A stretch of 28,222 nucleotides of DNA from Clostridia bacterium. Its GTDB lineage: Bacteria; Bacillota; Clostridia; Oscillospirales; Acutalibacteraceae. The position numbers were made by a program, and so were the translations under genes. Shown here one piece after another: positions 16,122 to 25,525 of the stretch; position 1 is the first letter of the stretch, and every line of letters starts with the position of its first letter. The stretch covers positions 1 to 28,222 of the forward strand of contig CAAGBH010000141.1 of assembly GCA_900768035.1 (NCBI GenBank). Reading direction: 5' to 3'. The notes below the pieces were generated by a model. That model made no database searches, was not told the DNA's origin, and saw only the letters and a program-made list of their open reading frames with translations.

Positions 16122-17039
16122 TTATTTTTTTAAAACAAATGCACACCAATTATCTTTGTAGCATTCCTCAATAACAGTAAAGCCGAATTTTTCTGCCGCC
16201 GATAAAATATCGTCTTTTCTTATGTCAATGATACCCGATATTATAAATACCGCATCATCAGTCATAAAATCTTTAACATTTTCGAAAAGTCTTATAATAA
16301 CATCTGCCACAATATTTGCACAGACAATTTCGAATTTACCTCTAACTTTTTCTGCCAAATCACCGACAATAAATTCACATTTATCGGTAATATTATTAAT
16401 CTCGGCATTCTCTTTTGCGGTTTTTACCGACTGTGCATCAATATCAACACCGATTGCATTTTCCGCTCCCAAAAGGATTGATGCTATTGCGAGTATACCA
16501 CTGCCGCAACCGATATCAAGCATTTTTGTATCATTATTTACATACTTTTGCAAAAGTTCGAGACAAAATGAAGTTGTAGCGTGGGTACCCGTACCGAAAG
16601 CAGCACCAGGGTCAATACTTAAAACCGTGCGGTTATCTTTATTTTCATATTCTTCCCAACTCGGCACTATTGCCAACTTTTCGCCAACTTCAATTGTGTG
16701 GAAATATTTTTTCCAATTTTCGTTCCAAGCGTTATCATTAACACCGATAGAGCCAACTTCACAATCAATTTTTTCGGCAGCAAGACGCTCTTTTAAAAAT
16801 TCAACCGCTTCTAAAGCGTTATCCTCTTCGCTGATGTAAATATGAATAATAGAACTTGTACGGTCCTTTGCAATAAGGCTTTCGTCAATAAGATTGATAT
16901 GCGCTATTTCTTCCGCTTTTTCTTCCAAATCGGAATAATCTTCAATATAAATTCCGTAAGGCACCGTCATATTTGCGATAGCCGATGCCAATTCTGTATC
17001 CTTTTGAGGAACTTTTACAGTAATTTCAGTCCAGTTCAT
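16122..17039 (-). CDS. prmA: Ribosomal protein L11 methyltransferase
   Basis: WNENWKKYF, IDPGAAFGTGTHATT, LDIGCGSGIL, ANIVAD and ISGII. Confidence 0.95.
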   Translation of the reverse strand: MNWTEITVKVPQKDTELASAIANMTVPYGIYIEDYSDLEEKAEEIAHINLIDESLIAKDRTSSIIHIYISEEDNALEAVEFLKERLAAEKIDCEVGSIGVNDNAWNENWKKYFHTIEVGEKLAIVPSWEEYENKDNRTVLSIDPGAAFGTGTHATTSFCLELLQKYVNNDTKMLDIGCGSGILAIASILLGAENAIGVDIDAQSVKTAKENAEINNITDKCEFIVGDLAEKVRGKFEIVCANIVADVIIRLFENVKDFMTDDAVFIISGIIDIRKDDILSAAEKFGFTVIEECYKDNWCAFVLKK

Positions 17040-17091
17040 TTTAAACTCCAAATAATAAAATCAAATTATTTTATCACACTTTTTTATATTT

Positions 17092-18216
17092 TTAAAGTGT
17101 AAATTTAAGTATTTCTTCCTTTGTATCATAAGCGGTGCCTTGCACCATTCCGTTTCTTCCACCGCCACGAACATTTATTTTCTCTTTAAAATCTTTAAAG
17201 AATGTGTCTAATTTTTTAGGCTCACCGCAAATTGCGAAAGAATAGTTATTTTCACTTCCGCTGAAAACGCCTCTTATTCCGCCTTTTGATTTATGTAAAG
17301 CATCACTTAAAAGCGAAAGTTCTTTCATATCAAAACCGTCTTCAAAAAGCAAGGATATTTCGCTTTCGGGCTCGAAATTTTTAGAGATTTCTGCAATAAG
17401 GCGGTGCTTCAAATTTATAATTTCAAACTTTTGTTTGCCCATTTGCTCAATCTGTTTTTCAACACCCGAAACAACCTCATCTTGCGGAGTGCATAAAAGT
17501 GATGAAATTTTCAAAGTGTTTTCATTTTGATTATAGTAATTTTCAAGAGCGTCCATACCGCATTTTACAAATAAACGAACTCCGCCCTTATTTTTGCAAA
17601 ACGAAATAATTTTAATAACACCGATTTCACAAGCGGAATTTACATGAGGCGCACAGCATGCGCAACGGTCATACCCCTCAATCTCAACTATACGGACATC
17701 CTCTTTTAAATCAAGTTTTGCTCGGTATTCGAGATTTTCAAGGCTTTCGGGATAAAAGCAGTTAAATTTTGCATTTTTATATATCGCCTCGTTAGCAAGT
17801 TTTTCAATTTTCTTTAAATCTTGCTTTTGTAGAAGACCGTCAAAATCCATTGTCATTTCGGTTTCGCTCAAATGAAAACCAACATTTTCATATCCGTAAA
17901 GCGAATGAACGATACCCGAAATTATATGCTCACCCGAATGGTTTTGCATTTTACGAAAACGCTTTTCCCAGTCGAGTTGACATTCCACCTGTTTTCCGGT
18001 TTGGATTGGATTTTCAAGATAGTGGTAAATTTCACCGTCTTCAATCTGAACATCTAAAACCTTGATTCCGTCAATAAAGCCTATGTCAGCAGTTTGTCCG
18101 CCGCCCTCAGGGAAAAAAGCAGTTCTGTCAAGCACCGCTTTATTATCTTCACAAGATAAAACTGTAGCGGTAAATTCCTTTATATGCGAATCTATATCAT
18201 ATAACTTTTGTGTCAT
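17092..18216 (-). CDS. AlaX-type alanyl-tRNA editing protein with a C-terminal DHHA1-like region
   Basis: LDRTAFFPEGGGQ, zinc ligands HSGEH and CACCAPH, C-terminal RGGGR. ATGA overlap with the murC stop. Confidence 0.85.
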   Translation of the reverse strand: MTQKLYDIDSHIKEFTATVLSCEDNKAVLDRTAFFPEGGGQTADIGFIDGIKVLDVQIEDGEIYHYLENPIQTGKQVECQLDWEKRFRKMQNHSGEHIISGIVHSLYGYENVGFHLSETEMTMDFDGLLQKQDLKKIEKLANEAIYKNAKFNCFYPESLENLEYRAKLDLKEDVRIVEIEGYDRCACCAPHVNSACEIGVIKIISFCKNKGGVRLFVKCGMDALENYYNQNENTLKISSLLCTPQDEVVSGVEKQIEQMGKQKFEIINLKHRLIAEISKNFEPESEISLLFEDGFDMKELSLLSDALHKSKGGIRGVFSGSENNYSFAICGEPKKLDTFFKDFKEKINVRGGGRNGMVQGTAYDTKEEILKFTL

Positions 18217-19586
18217 TGCAGTTTTTCCTTTACAATATAAGCCGCTTTATAAATATCTCCGCCGCCCATAGTGATAACGATATCATTTTCCTTTGCGGTT
18301 TCGATTATCTTATCGGCAATATTTTCGAATCCGTCCACAATGCAAACATCCCGAAGTCCCTTAGCAATATCTTCTGAGGAAATGCCGTAAGTATTAACTT
18401 CACGAGAGCCCATAATCGGGGTTAAAATAACCTTATCTGCAATAGACAGTGCCTTTATAAATTCGTCTTTCAAAAGCGCAGTACGGGAGAATGTAAAAGG
18501 TTGGAACACAGCTATAACATTATTATAATCAAGATTTTTAGCCGCAGTAAGTGTTGCGGTAATCTCGGTCGGGTGGTGGGCATAATCGTCTGCTAAAACA
18601 AAGCCATTAAACTCACCCAAAAATTCAAATCTTCTGCCGGCACCTGTGAATTTTTCGAGCGCATCTTTTATTCCGTCAGCGCCAACGCCCATATCAAACG
18701 CCACCGCAAAAGATGCCAAAGCGTTAAGCACGTTATGGTGACCGGGTATATGAAGTTCTATATTTGCAAGAACTTCGTTGCCTTTGCAAGCATCAAACGA
18801 AAAACCGAATTTTCCGCTTTTAACATTTTTAGCATAATAATCGTTCTTTTCGCCAAAACCAAAAGTCGTAATTTTACCGCTTATGCCGTCGGTCGCTTTG
18901 AGGGCTAATTCATCATCGCCGTTCACATAACAATGCTTGCCCATTGAAACAAACTTATGGAACGATAAAATAAGATTATCCATTGTTTTGAAATAATCAA
19001 GATGGTCGTTATCTATATTCAATAAAACTGTTATATCGGGTGAGAGTTGCAAAAAGGTATCCACAAACTCGCAAGACTCACAAACCATAGTCTCGCTCTT
19101 GCCCGCAATACCGTTTGAATTTATAAGCGGTAACTTACCGCCGATAACTGCCGTAGGGTCGCACTTGTTTAAAATTAAAATTTGTGTTATCATAGAGGTA
19201 ACCGAAGTTTTACCGTGTGTTCCGCAAACACCGATTACATTGTCAAACTTTCTTGTAAGCGCACCTAATAAATGCGAGCGTTCCATTGTTGGAATACCTA
19301 ATTCGCACGCTCTAACAAGTTCGGGGTTATCTTTAGAAATTGCGGCAGAATAAACCACGAGTTCTGCGCCCTCAACATTTTCGGCGCTATGCCCCATAAA
19401 AACTTTTACACCCAAAGCCTTAACACGCTTTAACGGGTCGCTTTCGTTATTATCAGAGCCTGTGAGAATATATCCTTTGCTATGGAGAATTTCTGCCAGC
19501 GGACACATTCCGCTCCCGCCGATACCTATCATATGGATATGTTTTACACTGTCAATTATTTTATCTTCTTTACGGAGTTGTTTCAT
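18213..19586 (-). CDS. murC: UDP-N-acetylmuramate--L-alanine ligase
   Basis: IGIGGSGM, GTHGKTSVT, NIDNDHLD, GAGRRFE, DDYAHHPTEI and FQPFTFSRT. Confidence 0.95.
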   Translation of the reverse strand: MKQLRKEDKIIDSVKHIHMIGIGGSGMCPLAEILHSKGYILTGSDNNESDPLKRVKALGVKVFMGHSAENVEGAELVVYSAAISKDNPELVRACELGIPTMERSHLLGALTRKFDNVIGVCGTHGKTSVTSMITQILILNKCDPTAVIGGKLPLINSNGIAGKSETMVCESCEFVDTFLQLSPDITVLLNIDNDHLDYFKTMDNLILSFHKFVSMGKHCYVNGDDELALKATDGISGKITTFGFGEKNDYYAKNVKSGKFGFSFDACKGNEVLANIELHIPGHHNVLNALASFAVAFDMGVGADGIKDALEKFTGAGRRFEFLGEFNGFVLADDYAHHPTEITATLTAAKNLDYNNVIAVFQPFTFSRTALLKDEFIKALSIADKVILTPIMGSREVNTYGISSEDIAKGLRDVCIVDGFENIADKIIETAKENDIVITMGGGDIYKAAYIVKEKLQ

Positions 19587-19672
19587 AACGCTTCCCCTTA
19601 TTATATTACTATTTAATTATTATATTACTTTTTAAGTAAAAAATAAACCCTTTTTTGCGAGGTGACTGATAA

Positions 19673-20782
19673 ATGTTTAAAATTCCACTAAATATTGAGT
19701 TTATAATCGACCGATTAAGCCAAAACGGACACTCGGCTTATATCGTCGGCGGATGCGTGAGAGACCTTCTTTTAGGGAAAACACCTCACGACTTTGATGT
19801 AACAACCTCTGCCACACCGCAAGAGATTATATCCCTTTTTGAAAAAACAATCCCAACAGGAATTAAGCATGGAACAGTCACCGTTTTAATAGAAAACACA
19901 CCTGTTGAAGTCACCACTTTCAGAACAGAGGGTGCTTATACCGACAACCGCCGACCAGACAATGTCGAGTTTGTAAAAGATTTAAGGGAAGACCTATCCC
20001 GCCGAGATTTTACAGTCAACGCTATGGCATATAACAAAAAAGACGGGCTAAAGGATTATTTCGGTGGCAAAGCCGACCTTGAAAATAAAATTTTGCGGGC
20101 AGTAGGCAACCCCGAAACTCGCTTTTGCGAAGATGCTTTGCGGATTTTACGCCTATTCCGTTTTGCTTCAACCCTTAATTTTAAAATTGAAGAAAAAACT
20201 TTGAATGACGCTTTAAAATGCTCATATTTACTAAAAAATGTAAGCGCCGAGCGAATTTTTGCAGAACTTAAAAAAGCGGTTATGGGTGAAAACTTTAAAA
20301 TTTTTGCACCCTTGATAGAGTGTGGCGGACTTGAATTTTTAAATATTAATAAACTACCTGATTTTGAAAAAATGAAAACCGCAAGCGAACTTCACTGCCT
20401 TTTTATACTTTTAGATTATAACGGACTTCAAAAACTAAACCCCTCAAACAAAGAAAAAGAATATTTCAAAAAAATGAATTTGGCTTTAAAAATGCCAACA
20501 CCTAAAACCGAAGAAGATATCAAAAATATGCGTGCGGTAATAGATGACGAAATTTTAAATGATTATTTTGTTTTTAAAAACCTTAAAACTAATTTATTGC
20601 AAACTGTTTTAGAGAAAAATGAACCTTATTTGATTTCACACCTATCCCTTAACGGAAAGGACCTTTTAGAATTAGGATATCAGGGTGAAGAAATTGGCGA
20701 AATATTAGAAAGATTGCAGAAATTCGTCATAAAAAATCCTGAGAAAAACAACAAACAAGATTTAATAAACCAAATACCGTAA
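19673..20782 (+). CDS. cca: CCA-adding tRNA nucleotidyltransferase (class II)
   Basis: VGGCVRD, DFDVTT, EVTTFR, DLSRRDFTVNAMA and EDALRILR. Confidence 0.9.
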   Translation: MFKIPLNIEFIIDRLSQNGHSAYIVGGCVRDLLLGKTPHDFDVTTSATPQEIISLFEKTIPTGIKHGTVTVLIENTPVEVTTFRTEGAYTDNRRPDNVEFVKDLREDLSRRDFTVNAMAYNKKDGLKDYFGGKADLENKILRAVGNPETRFCEDALRILRLFRFASTLNFKIEEKTLNDALKCSYLLKNVSAERIFAELKKAVMGENFKIFAPLIECGGLEFLNINKLPDFEKMKTASELHCLFILLDYNGLQKLNPSNKEKEYFKKMNLALKMPTPKTEEDIKNMRAVIDDEILNDYFVFKNLKTNLLQTVLEKNEPYLISHLSLNGKDLLELGYQGEEIGEILERLQKFVIKNPEKNNKQDLINQIP

Positions 20783-20787
20783 CAAAG

Positions 20788-20829
20788 AAATGTAAGTGCC
20801 ATAATATGAATTAGGCACTTCATTTTTTT
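20788..20829 (+). terminator. Probable cca terminator overlapping a possible sporulation-sigma promoter
   Basis: AAGTGCC/GGCACTT stem followed by CATTTTTTT. The motif CATAATAT spans the top of the stem and the loop. Confidence 0.5.
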
Positions 20830-20842
20830 GTTAGGTGATTAT

Positions 20843-21640
20843 ATGAAGAAAATTTGTATTATAGGCGGAGACCGCCGACTTAGAAAAGTAAAACAAGTTT
20901 TAGAGAATGATAATTTTTATGTTGATACTTTAGGGCTTTATCCCGATGATAACGCTAAAATTGAATTGAGCGATGTTTTGGTTTTGCCTGTCCCCACAAC
21001 AAAGGATAATGTGACTGTTTTTACACCCTTAACCAACCGTATTATCCCTTTGAGCGAAGTGGAAGAAAGAGCAACAAACCAACTGGTGCTTTGTTGCAAT
21101 TATAAATTCAAAACAAAAGAAAGTATCGACTATAACACACTTGACAGTTATGCCCTTTTAAACGCTGTTCCCACAGCAGAGGGCGCAATTAAAATCGCTA
21201 TTGAAAACACACCTTACACTCTATGGAAAAGTAATATTTTAATTATAGGCTACGGCAGAGTGGGTAAAATTTTAGCCGACCGACTGAAAAACCTCGGCGC
21301 AAATGTGACAGTAAGCGCACGCAAACCCCGTGATTTTGCCCTTTTAGATGCTCTCGGATTTAATTACATAAATACCGAGAATCTTTCCCGTCAGTATTTA
21401 AATTATGATATTATCTTCAATACGGTCGATTTTAAAGTTATAAATGATGAAATGCTTAAAAACTGTCCGTCAAACCTTTTGGTTGATTTATCTTCAAAAG
21501 GCGGTTTCGATTTAGAATATGCAAAATCACTTGGAATGACCGCATTAAAACCGCCTGGACTTCCGGGAATAGTTGCTCCCGAAACCGCAGGAGAAATCTT
21601 AGCCAAAACGGTTAAAGAACTAATTCGTTTTCACACTTAA
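20843..21640 (+). CDS. spoVFA: Dipicolinate synthase subunit A
   Basis: IIGGDRR, NAVPTAEGAI, IIGYGRVG, DLSSKGG and PGLPGIVAPETAG. ATG at 20843. Confidence 0.9.
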   Translation: MKKICIIGGDRRLRKVKQVLENDNFYVDTLGLYPDDNAKIELSDVLVLPVPTTKDNVTVFTPLTNRIIPLSEVEERATNQLVLCCNYKFKTKESIDYNTLDSYALLNAVPTAEGAIKIAIENTPYTLWKSNILIIGYGRVGKILADRLKNLGANVTVSARKPRDFALLDALGFNYINTENLSRQYLNYDIIFNTVDFKVINDEMLKNCPSNLLVDLSSKGGFDLEYAKSLGMTALKPPGLPGIVAPETAGEILAKTVKELIRFHT

Positions 21641-21652
21641 AAGGAGAACATT

Positions 21653-22225
21653 ATGCAAAACATTACATTAGGATATGCAATGACCGGCTCCTTTTGCACG
21701 ATACAAGAATCATTAAAAACTCTAAAAAAACTTAGTGAATACGATATAAAAATCAAGCCGATTATGTCCGAAATAGTTTATAAAACCGATACCCGTTTCA
21801 TAAAAGCGCAAGATTTAATAACACAGGTGGAAGAAATATGCCACGAAAAAGTTATTCACGATATTGTATCGGCAGAGCCGATAGGCCCGAAAAATCTACT
21901 TGATATTCTGGTGGTAGCCCCCGCCACAGGCAACACCCTTGCTAAAAGCGCATTGGGTATTACCAACGGTGCTGTGACTATGGCAATAAAAGCGCATCTG
22001 CGCAACCAAAGGGCTGTCGTTTTAGGTATTGCCACTAACGACGCCTTGGGCGCCAGTGCAAAAAACATCGGTCTTTTGCATAACACAAAAAATATCTTCT
22101 TCGTTCCTTACCGCCAAGACGACCCGCAAAATAAAAACAATTCGCTTATATGCGATTTTTCACTTATCCCGCAAACTGTAGAACTCGCTTTACAAGGCAA
22201 ACAGATAGAACCACTTTTAATTTGA
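21653..22225 (+). CDS. spoVFB: Dipicolinate synthase subunit B
   Basis: GYAMTGSFCT, AEPIGPK, APATGNTLAK, KAHLRN, ATNDAL and VPYRQDDP. Confidence 0.94.
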   Translation: MQNITLGYAMTGSFCTIQESLKTLKKLSEYDIKIKPIMSEIVYKTDTRFIKAQDLITQVEEICHEKVIHDIVSAEPIGPKNLLDILVVAPATGNTLAKSALGITNGAVTMAIKAHLRNQRAVVLGIATNDALGASAKNIGLLHNTKNIFFVPYRQDDPQNKNNSLICDFSLIPQTVELALQGKQIEPLLI

Positions 22226-22250
22226 CATTTTTCTTTTGTTGGTATATAAT
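22222..22250 (+). promoter_or_regulatory. Consensus SigA promoter for mntP
   Basis: TTGACA (22222-22227, overlapping the spoVFB stop), N17, TATAAT (22245-22250). Confidence 0.8.
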
Positions 22251-22290
22251 CATTTTGTTTGACATATATACCCACAAAGAGAGTGATTAA

Positions 22291-22854
22291 ATGGGAATTT
22301 TTGAACTGTTAATATTGGCAATCGGTCTTTCAATGGACGCTTTTGCAGTGGCTATTTGCAAAGGTCTTGCCACATATAAAGTCAATAAAAAACAAATGAT
22401 AATAACTGGTCTTTGGTTTGGCGGTTTTCAGGCCTTAATGCCACTTATAGGTTATTTTTTAGGCACCGCTTTCCAGAAATATGTTACCGCAATAGACCAC
22501 TTTATTGCTTTTTTCCTTTTAGGAATAATCGGCGCTAATATGATTAAAGAGTCTTTCTCAAAGGAAGAAGAAACCTCTTGCGATTCGTTTGCTTTCAAAA
22601 CAATGCTTGTTATGGCTATTGCCACAAGTATTGACGCATTGGCGATTGGTATCACCTTCGCCCTTTTGCCCGATGTTAATATAATAGCCGCCGTTTCCTT
22701 TATCGGAATAGTTACCTTTACACTTTCTGTGATAGGCGTTAAAATCGGTAATATCTTCGGTGCAAAATGGAAAAGCAAAGCCGAATTTTTAGGCGGTGCA
22801 ATACTGATTATTTTAGGCACAAAAATATTACTCGAACATCTTAATATAATATAG
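22291..22854 (+). CDS. mntP: Manganese efflux pump MntP
   Basis: [32 protein letters not shown] and [13 protein letters not shown]. Confidence 0.92.
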   Translation: MGIFELLILAIGLSMDAFAVAICKGLATYKVNKKQMIITGLWFGGFQALMPLIGYFLGTAFQKYVTAIDHFIAFFLLGIIGANMIKESFSKEEETSCDSFAFKTMLVMAIATSIDALAIGITFALLPDVNIIAAVSFIGIVTFTLSVIGVKIGNIFGAKWKSKAEFLGGAILIILGTKILLEHLNII

Positions 22855-22855
22855 T

Positions 22856-22886
22856 AAAAGAACTGACTTAAAAAGTCAGTTCTTTT
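22856..22886. terminator. Bidirectional terminator between mntP and citrate synthase
   Basis: Perfect AAAAGAACTGACTT-aaa-AAGTCAGTTCTTTT. Confidence 0.85.
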
Positions 22887-22887
22887 G

Positions 22888-24234
22888 TTATCTTTTCTCC
22901 ATAGGGATATATTCTCTATGAGGTTGCACTGCCATATATGCAGGGCGGATAATTCTTCCCGCATTAAGAATTTCTTCAATTCTGTGAGCAGACCAACCCG
23001 AAATACGGGCAATAGCAAAAATCGGGGTAAAAAGTTCCCTCGGAAGTCCTAACATATCATAAACAAAACCGCTGTAAAAGTCTACATTAGCACTAACGCC
23101 CTTATACATTTTACGCTGTTTTACTATAAGTTTCGGTGCGATTTCTTCAACCTTAGAATAGAGCGCAAATTCTGCGCCGAGTCCCTTTTCTACCGAAAGA
23201 TTTTTAACATATTCTTTGAAAACCTCGGCTCTCGGGTCTGACTTAGAATAAATAGCGTGACCTATACCATAAACTAAGCCTGTTTTATCAAATGCTTCTT
23301 TATGAAGTATCTTATCAACATAACAAGTTACTTCCTCGTCGTCTTTCCAGTCTTTAACATTCTTCTTAATATCCTCAAACATATCGCAAACCTTTATGTT
23401 TGCGCCGCCGTGCTTTGGACCTTTAAGAGAACCTAAAGCCGCCGCAATAGCAGAATAGGTATCAGTTCCCGAAGAGGAAACCACATGAGTTGTAAAGGTA
23501 GAGTTGTTACCGCCGCCGTGTTCAGCGTGAAGAACTAATGCCATATCAAGCACTTTTGCCTCAAGCGAAGAATATTTACTGTCAAGACGGAGCATATAAA
23601 GTATATTTTCAGCAGTAGACAAATTCGTATCAGGTTCGTGAATGAAAAAACTGTTTGCCTTTTTAGTGCCGTAATTATATGCATTATAACCGTAAACCGC
23701 CAACGACGGAAAACGGGCAATCAACTGCAAACACTGGCGCAATACATTAGGTATGCTTGTGTCGTCGGGATTAGAATCATAAGAATAAAGGGTCAAAACA
23801 CTTCTTGCCAACGAATTCATCAAATCGGTAGAAGATGCTTTCATTATAATATCCCTGACAAAATTGTTAGGAAGCGCCCTGTTTTCACCCAAAAGCATAT
23901 TAAACTCTTTCAACTGTTCAGCATTAGGAAGTTCGCCAAACATCAAAAGATATGTTATCTCTTCAAACCCGAAACGGTTATCAGAAGTAAACCCGGAAAC
24001 CAACTTTTTAACATCATATCCTCGATAATAAAGTTCACCACGGCAAGGCTGTTCCTCACCGTCTATTATTTTCTTGGAAATAATATCAGAAATTTCAGTA
24101 AGACCTGTCAAAACACCCTTACCGTTAAGGTCACGAAGTCCCCTGTAAACCTTATGTTCAGTATATAAATTCGGTTCTATTTTACAGTTTTCACATATTA
24201 TATTTGAATATTTATCAATAAGTATATTGCTCAT
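22888..24234 (-). CDS. gltA: Citrate synthase (Si-type GltA family)
   Basis: LYYRGY, LHAEHGGGNNSTFT, LKGPKHGGAN, GIGHAIY..SDPR, NVDFYSG and ARISGWSAH. Confidence 0.92.
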   Translation of the reverse strand: MSNILIDKYSNIICENCKIEPNLYTEHKVYRGLRDLNGKGVLTGLTEISDIISKKIIDGEEQPCRGELYYRGYDVKKLVSGFTSDNRFGFEEITYLLMFGELPNAEQLKEFNMLLGENRALPNNFVRDIIMKASSTDLMNSLARSVLTLYSYDSNPDDTSIPNVLRQCLQLIARFPSLAVYGYNAYNYGTKKANSFFIHEPDTNLSTAENILYMLRLDSKYSSLEAKVLDMALVLHAEHGGGNNSTFTTHVVSSSGTDTYSAIAAALGSLKGPKHGGANIKVCDMFEDIKKNVKDWKDDEEVTCYVDKILHKEAFDKTGLVYGIGHAIYSKSDPRAEVFKEYVKNLSVEKGLGAEFALYSKVEEIAPKLIVKQRKMYKGVSANVDFYSGFVYDMLGLPRELFTPIFAIARISGWSAHRIEEILNAGRIIRPAYMAVQPHREYIPMEKR

Positions 24235-25409
24235 TTATTTGCCTCTTTCAATTTAATAAGATTTCTTGTGTATTCAATTCCGCATTCCAAAGGTTTTTCG
24301 AAAGACAAGGCATACAAATCAGTCGCCTTACATTCAAGCGCAAAAACCTTTTTGGCATCGTCCCCAAGATTTTCAATTTCATTTGCCCTTAAAACGAACG
24401 GGATTTTTGAAATATGCTTATTCTCTTTTATAATTTTTTCGCCTTTTTTATTAAATCCCAAAATACGAAGATACGGCGGGGTTTTCATAAACATAGTGTT
24501 ATCTATACCCAAAAATGCCGAAAGCACGAGCCGTCTCACCCTTGCGAGCGTATATCTTTTAACCTTGATTTCTTCATAAAGTCCCGAAAGACTTGTAGCC
24601 GATTTGACTGCTGAAAACAGTTTATTTTCCACGCCCTCGCTCAAATCGGGCAAATGTGACAACTCGTGGGAAGTTTTAGTTCGCAAAACACCTAACACCG
24701 TATTTTCTATTCTCTTAATATCAGAAAAATCTTCTTTAAATATATAACCTATTTCTTCGGGTATATATTTCTTCACAAACTCAAAGTCACTTTTTAGAAG
24801 TTTTTCACGGATTAGCGAAGCCGAAACAAAATCATGGTCGGTTTCCCTGCTGTCGTGCATGGCGCCCTGCCTTTTAACAGTTTTAAACTGCATTTTTGAG
24901 CCGATGTTTCTGCAAGCAGTAATATATTCAATGGCTAAATTATTGTTTGCGCCCTCTAAAAGTCCTTTGGTAACACCCAACTGTTCGGCGGTTATTTGTC
25001 TTGCCTTGGCAAATGTTACACCGCCCTTTAGGTTTTCGGGCAATTTTTCGGAAAACTCTTGCGAAGATAAAATTCCGCTTGCCTTTTTAAGAGCGCAAGT
25101 TCTGCCCGCCTCACTGCCGAACATTAAAATATCGCAACCCAAAGCATCTAAAATACTAACCGCACCCAATGCAAAATTCTGAGCGGTTGACATTGAATAA
25201 CAAACAGGAAGTTCAACCACCAAATCAGCACCGCATTCAAGCGCCATCTTTGCACGGACACCTTTTTCAACTATTGCGGTATCCCCACGCTGAACAAAAT
25301 TTCCGCTTATAACACAAACAACTTTTCCGTATTTTTTAGCTTTTTGCAGTAAAAGTTTATGCCCATTATGTAAGGGATTAAACTCAGCGACTATACCAAC
25401 CGTAGACAA
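24231..25409 (-). CDS. tmcAL: tRNA(Met) cytidine acetate ligase (HIGH nucleotidyltransferase family)
   Basis: GIVAEFNPLHNGH, SGNFVQRG, FGSE, NNNLAIEY, SASLIR and KRYTLARVRR. TTG start; ATGA overlap with gltA. Confidence 0.85.
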   Translation of the reverse strand: MSTVGIVAEFNPLHNGHKLLLQKAKKYGKVVCVISGNFVQRGDTAIVEKGVRAKMALECGADLVVELPVCYSMSTAQNFALGAVSILDALGCDILMFGSEAGRTCALKKASGILSSQEFSEKLPENLKGGVTFAKARQITAEQLGVTKGLLEGANNNLAIEYITACRNIGSKMQFKTVKRQGAMHDSRETDHDFVSASLIREKLLKSDFEFVKKYIPEEIGYIFKEDFSDIKRIENTVLGVLRTKTSHELSHLPDLSEGVENKLFSAVKSATSLSGLYEEIKVKRYTLARVRRLVLSAFLGIDNTMFMKTPPYLRILGFNKKGEKIIKENKHISKIPFVLRANEIENLGDDAKKVFALECKATDLYALSFEKPLECGIEYTRNLIKLKEANK

Positions 25410-25434
25410 ATAATCACCTTCTTTCTTAAAAAAC

Positions 25435-25463
25435 TTGAAAATGTAAAAAATATATTGTATTAT
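25435..25463 (+). promoter_or_regulatory. SigA-type promoter for ackA
   Basis: TTGAAA, N17, TATTAT in an AT-rich divergent intergenic region. Confidence 0.45.
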
Positions 25464-25525
25464 ATTATTTAATATAATATCATATTTTGGTATTTAGTTC
25501 AATATTTTTCATTGGAGGAATAAAA

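Noticed and set aside
19625..19639. Palindrome TTACTT-ttt-AAGTAA between divergent murC and cca
   Set aside because: Short and AT-rich, with no second copy noticed; insufficient support as an operator.
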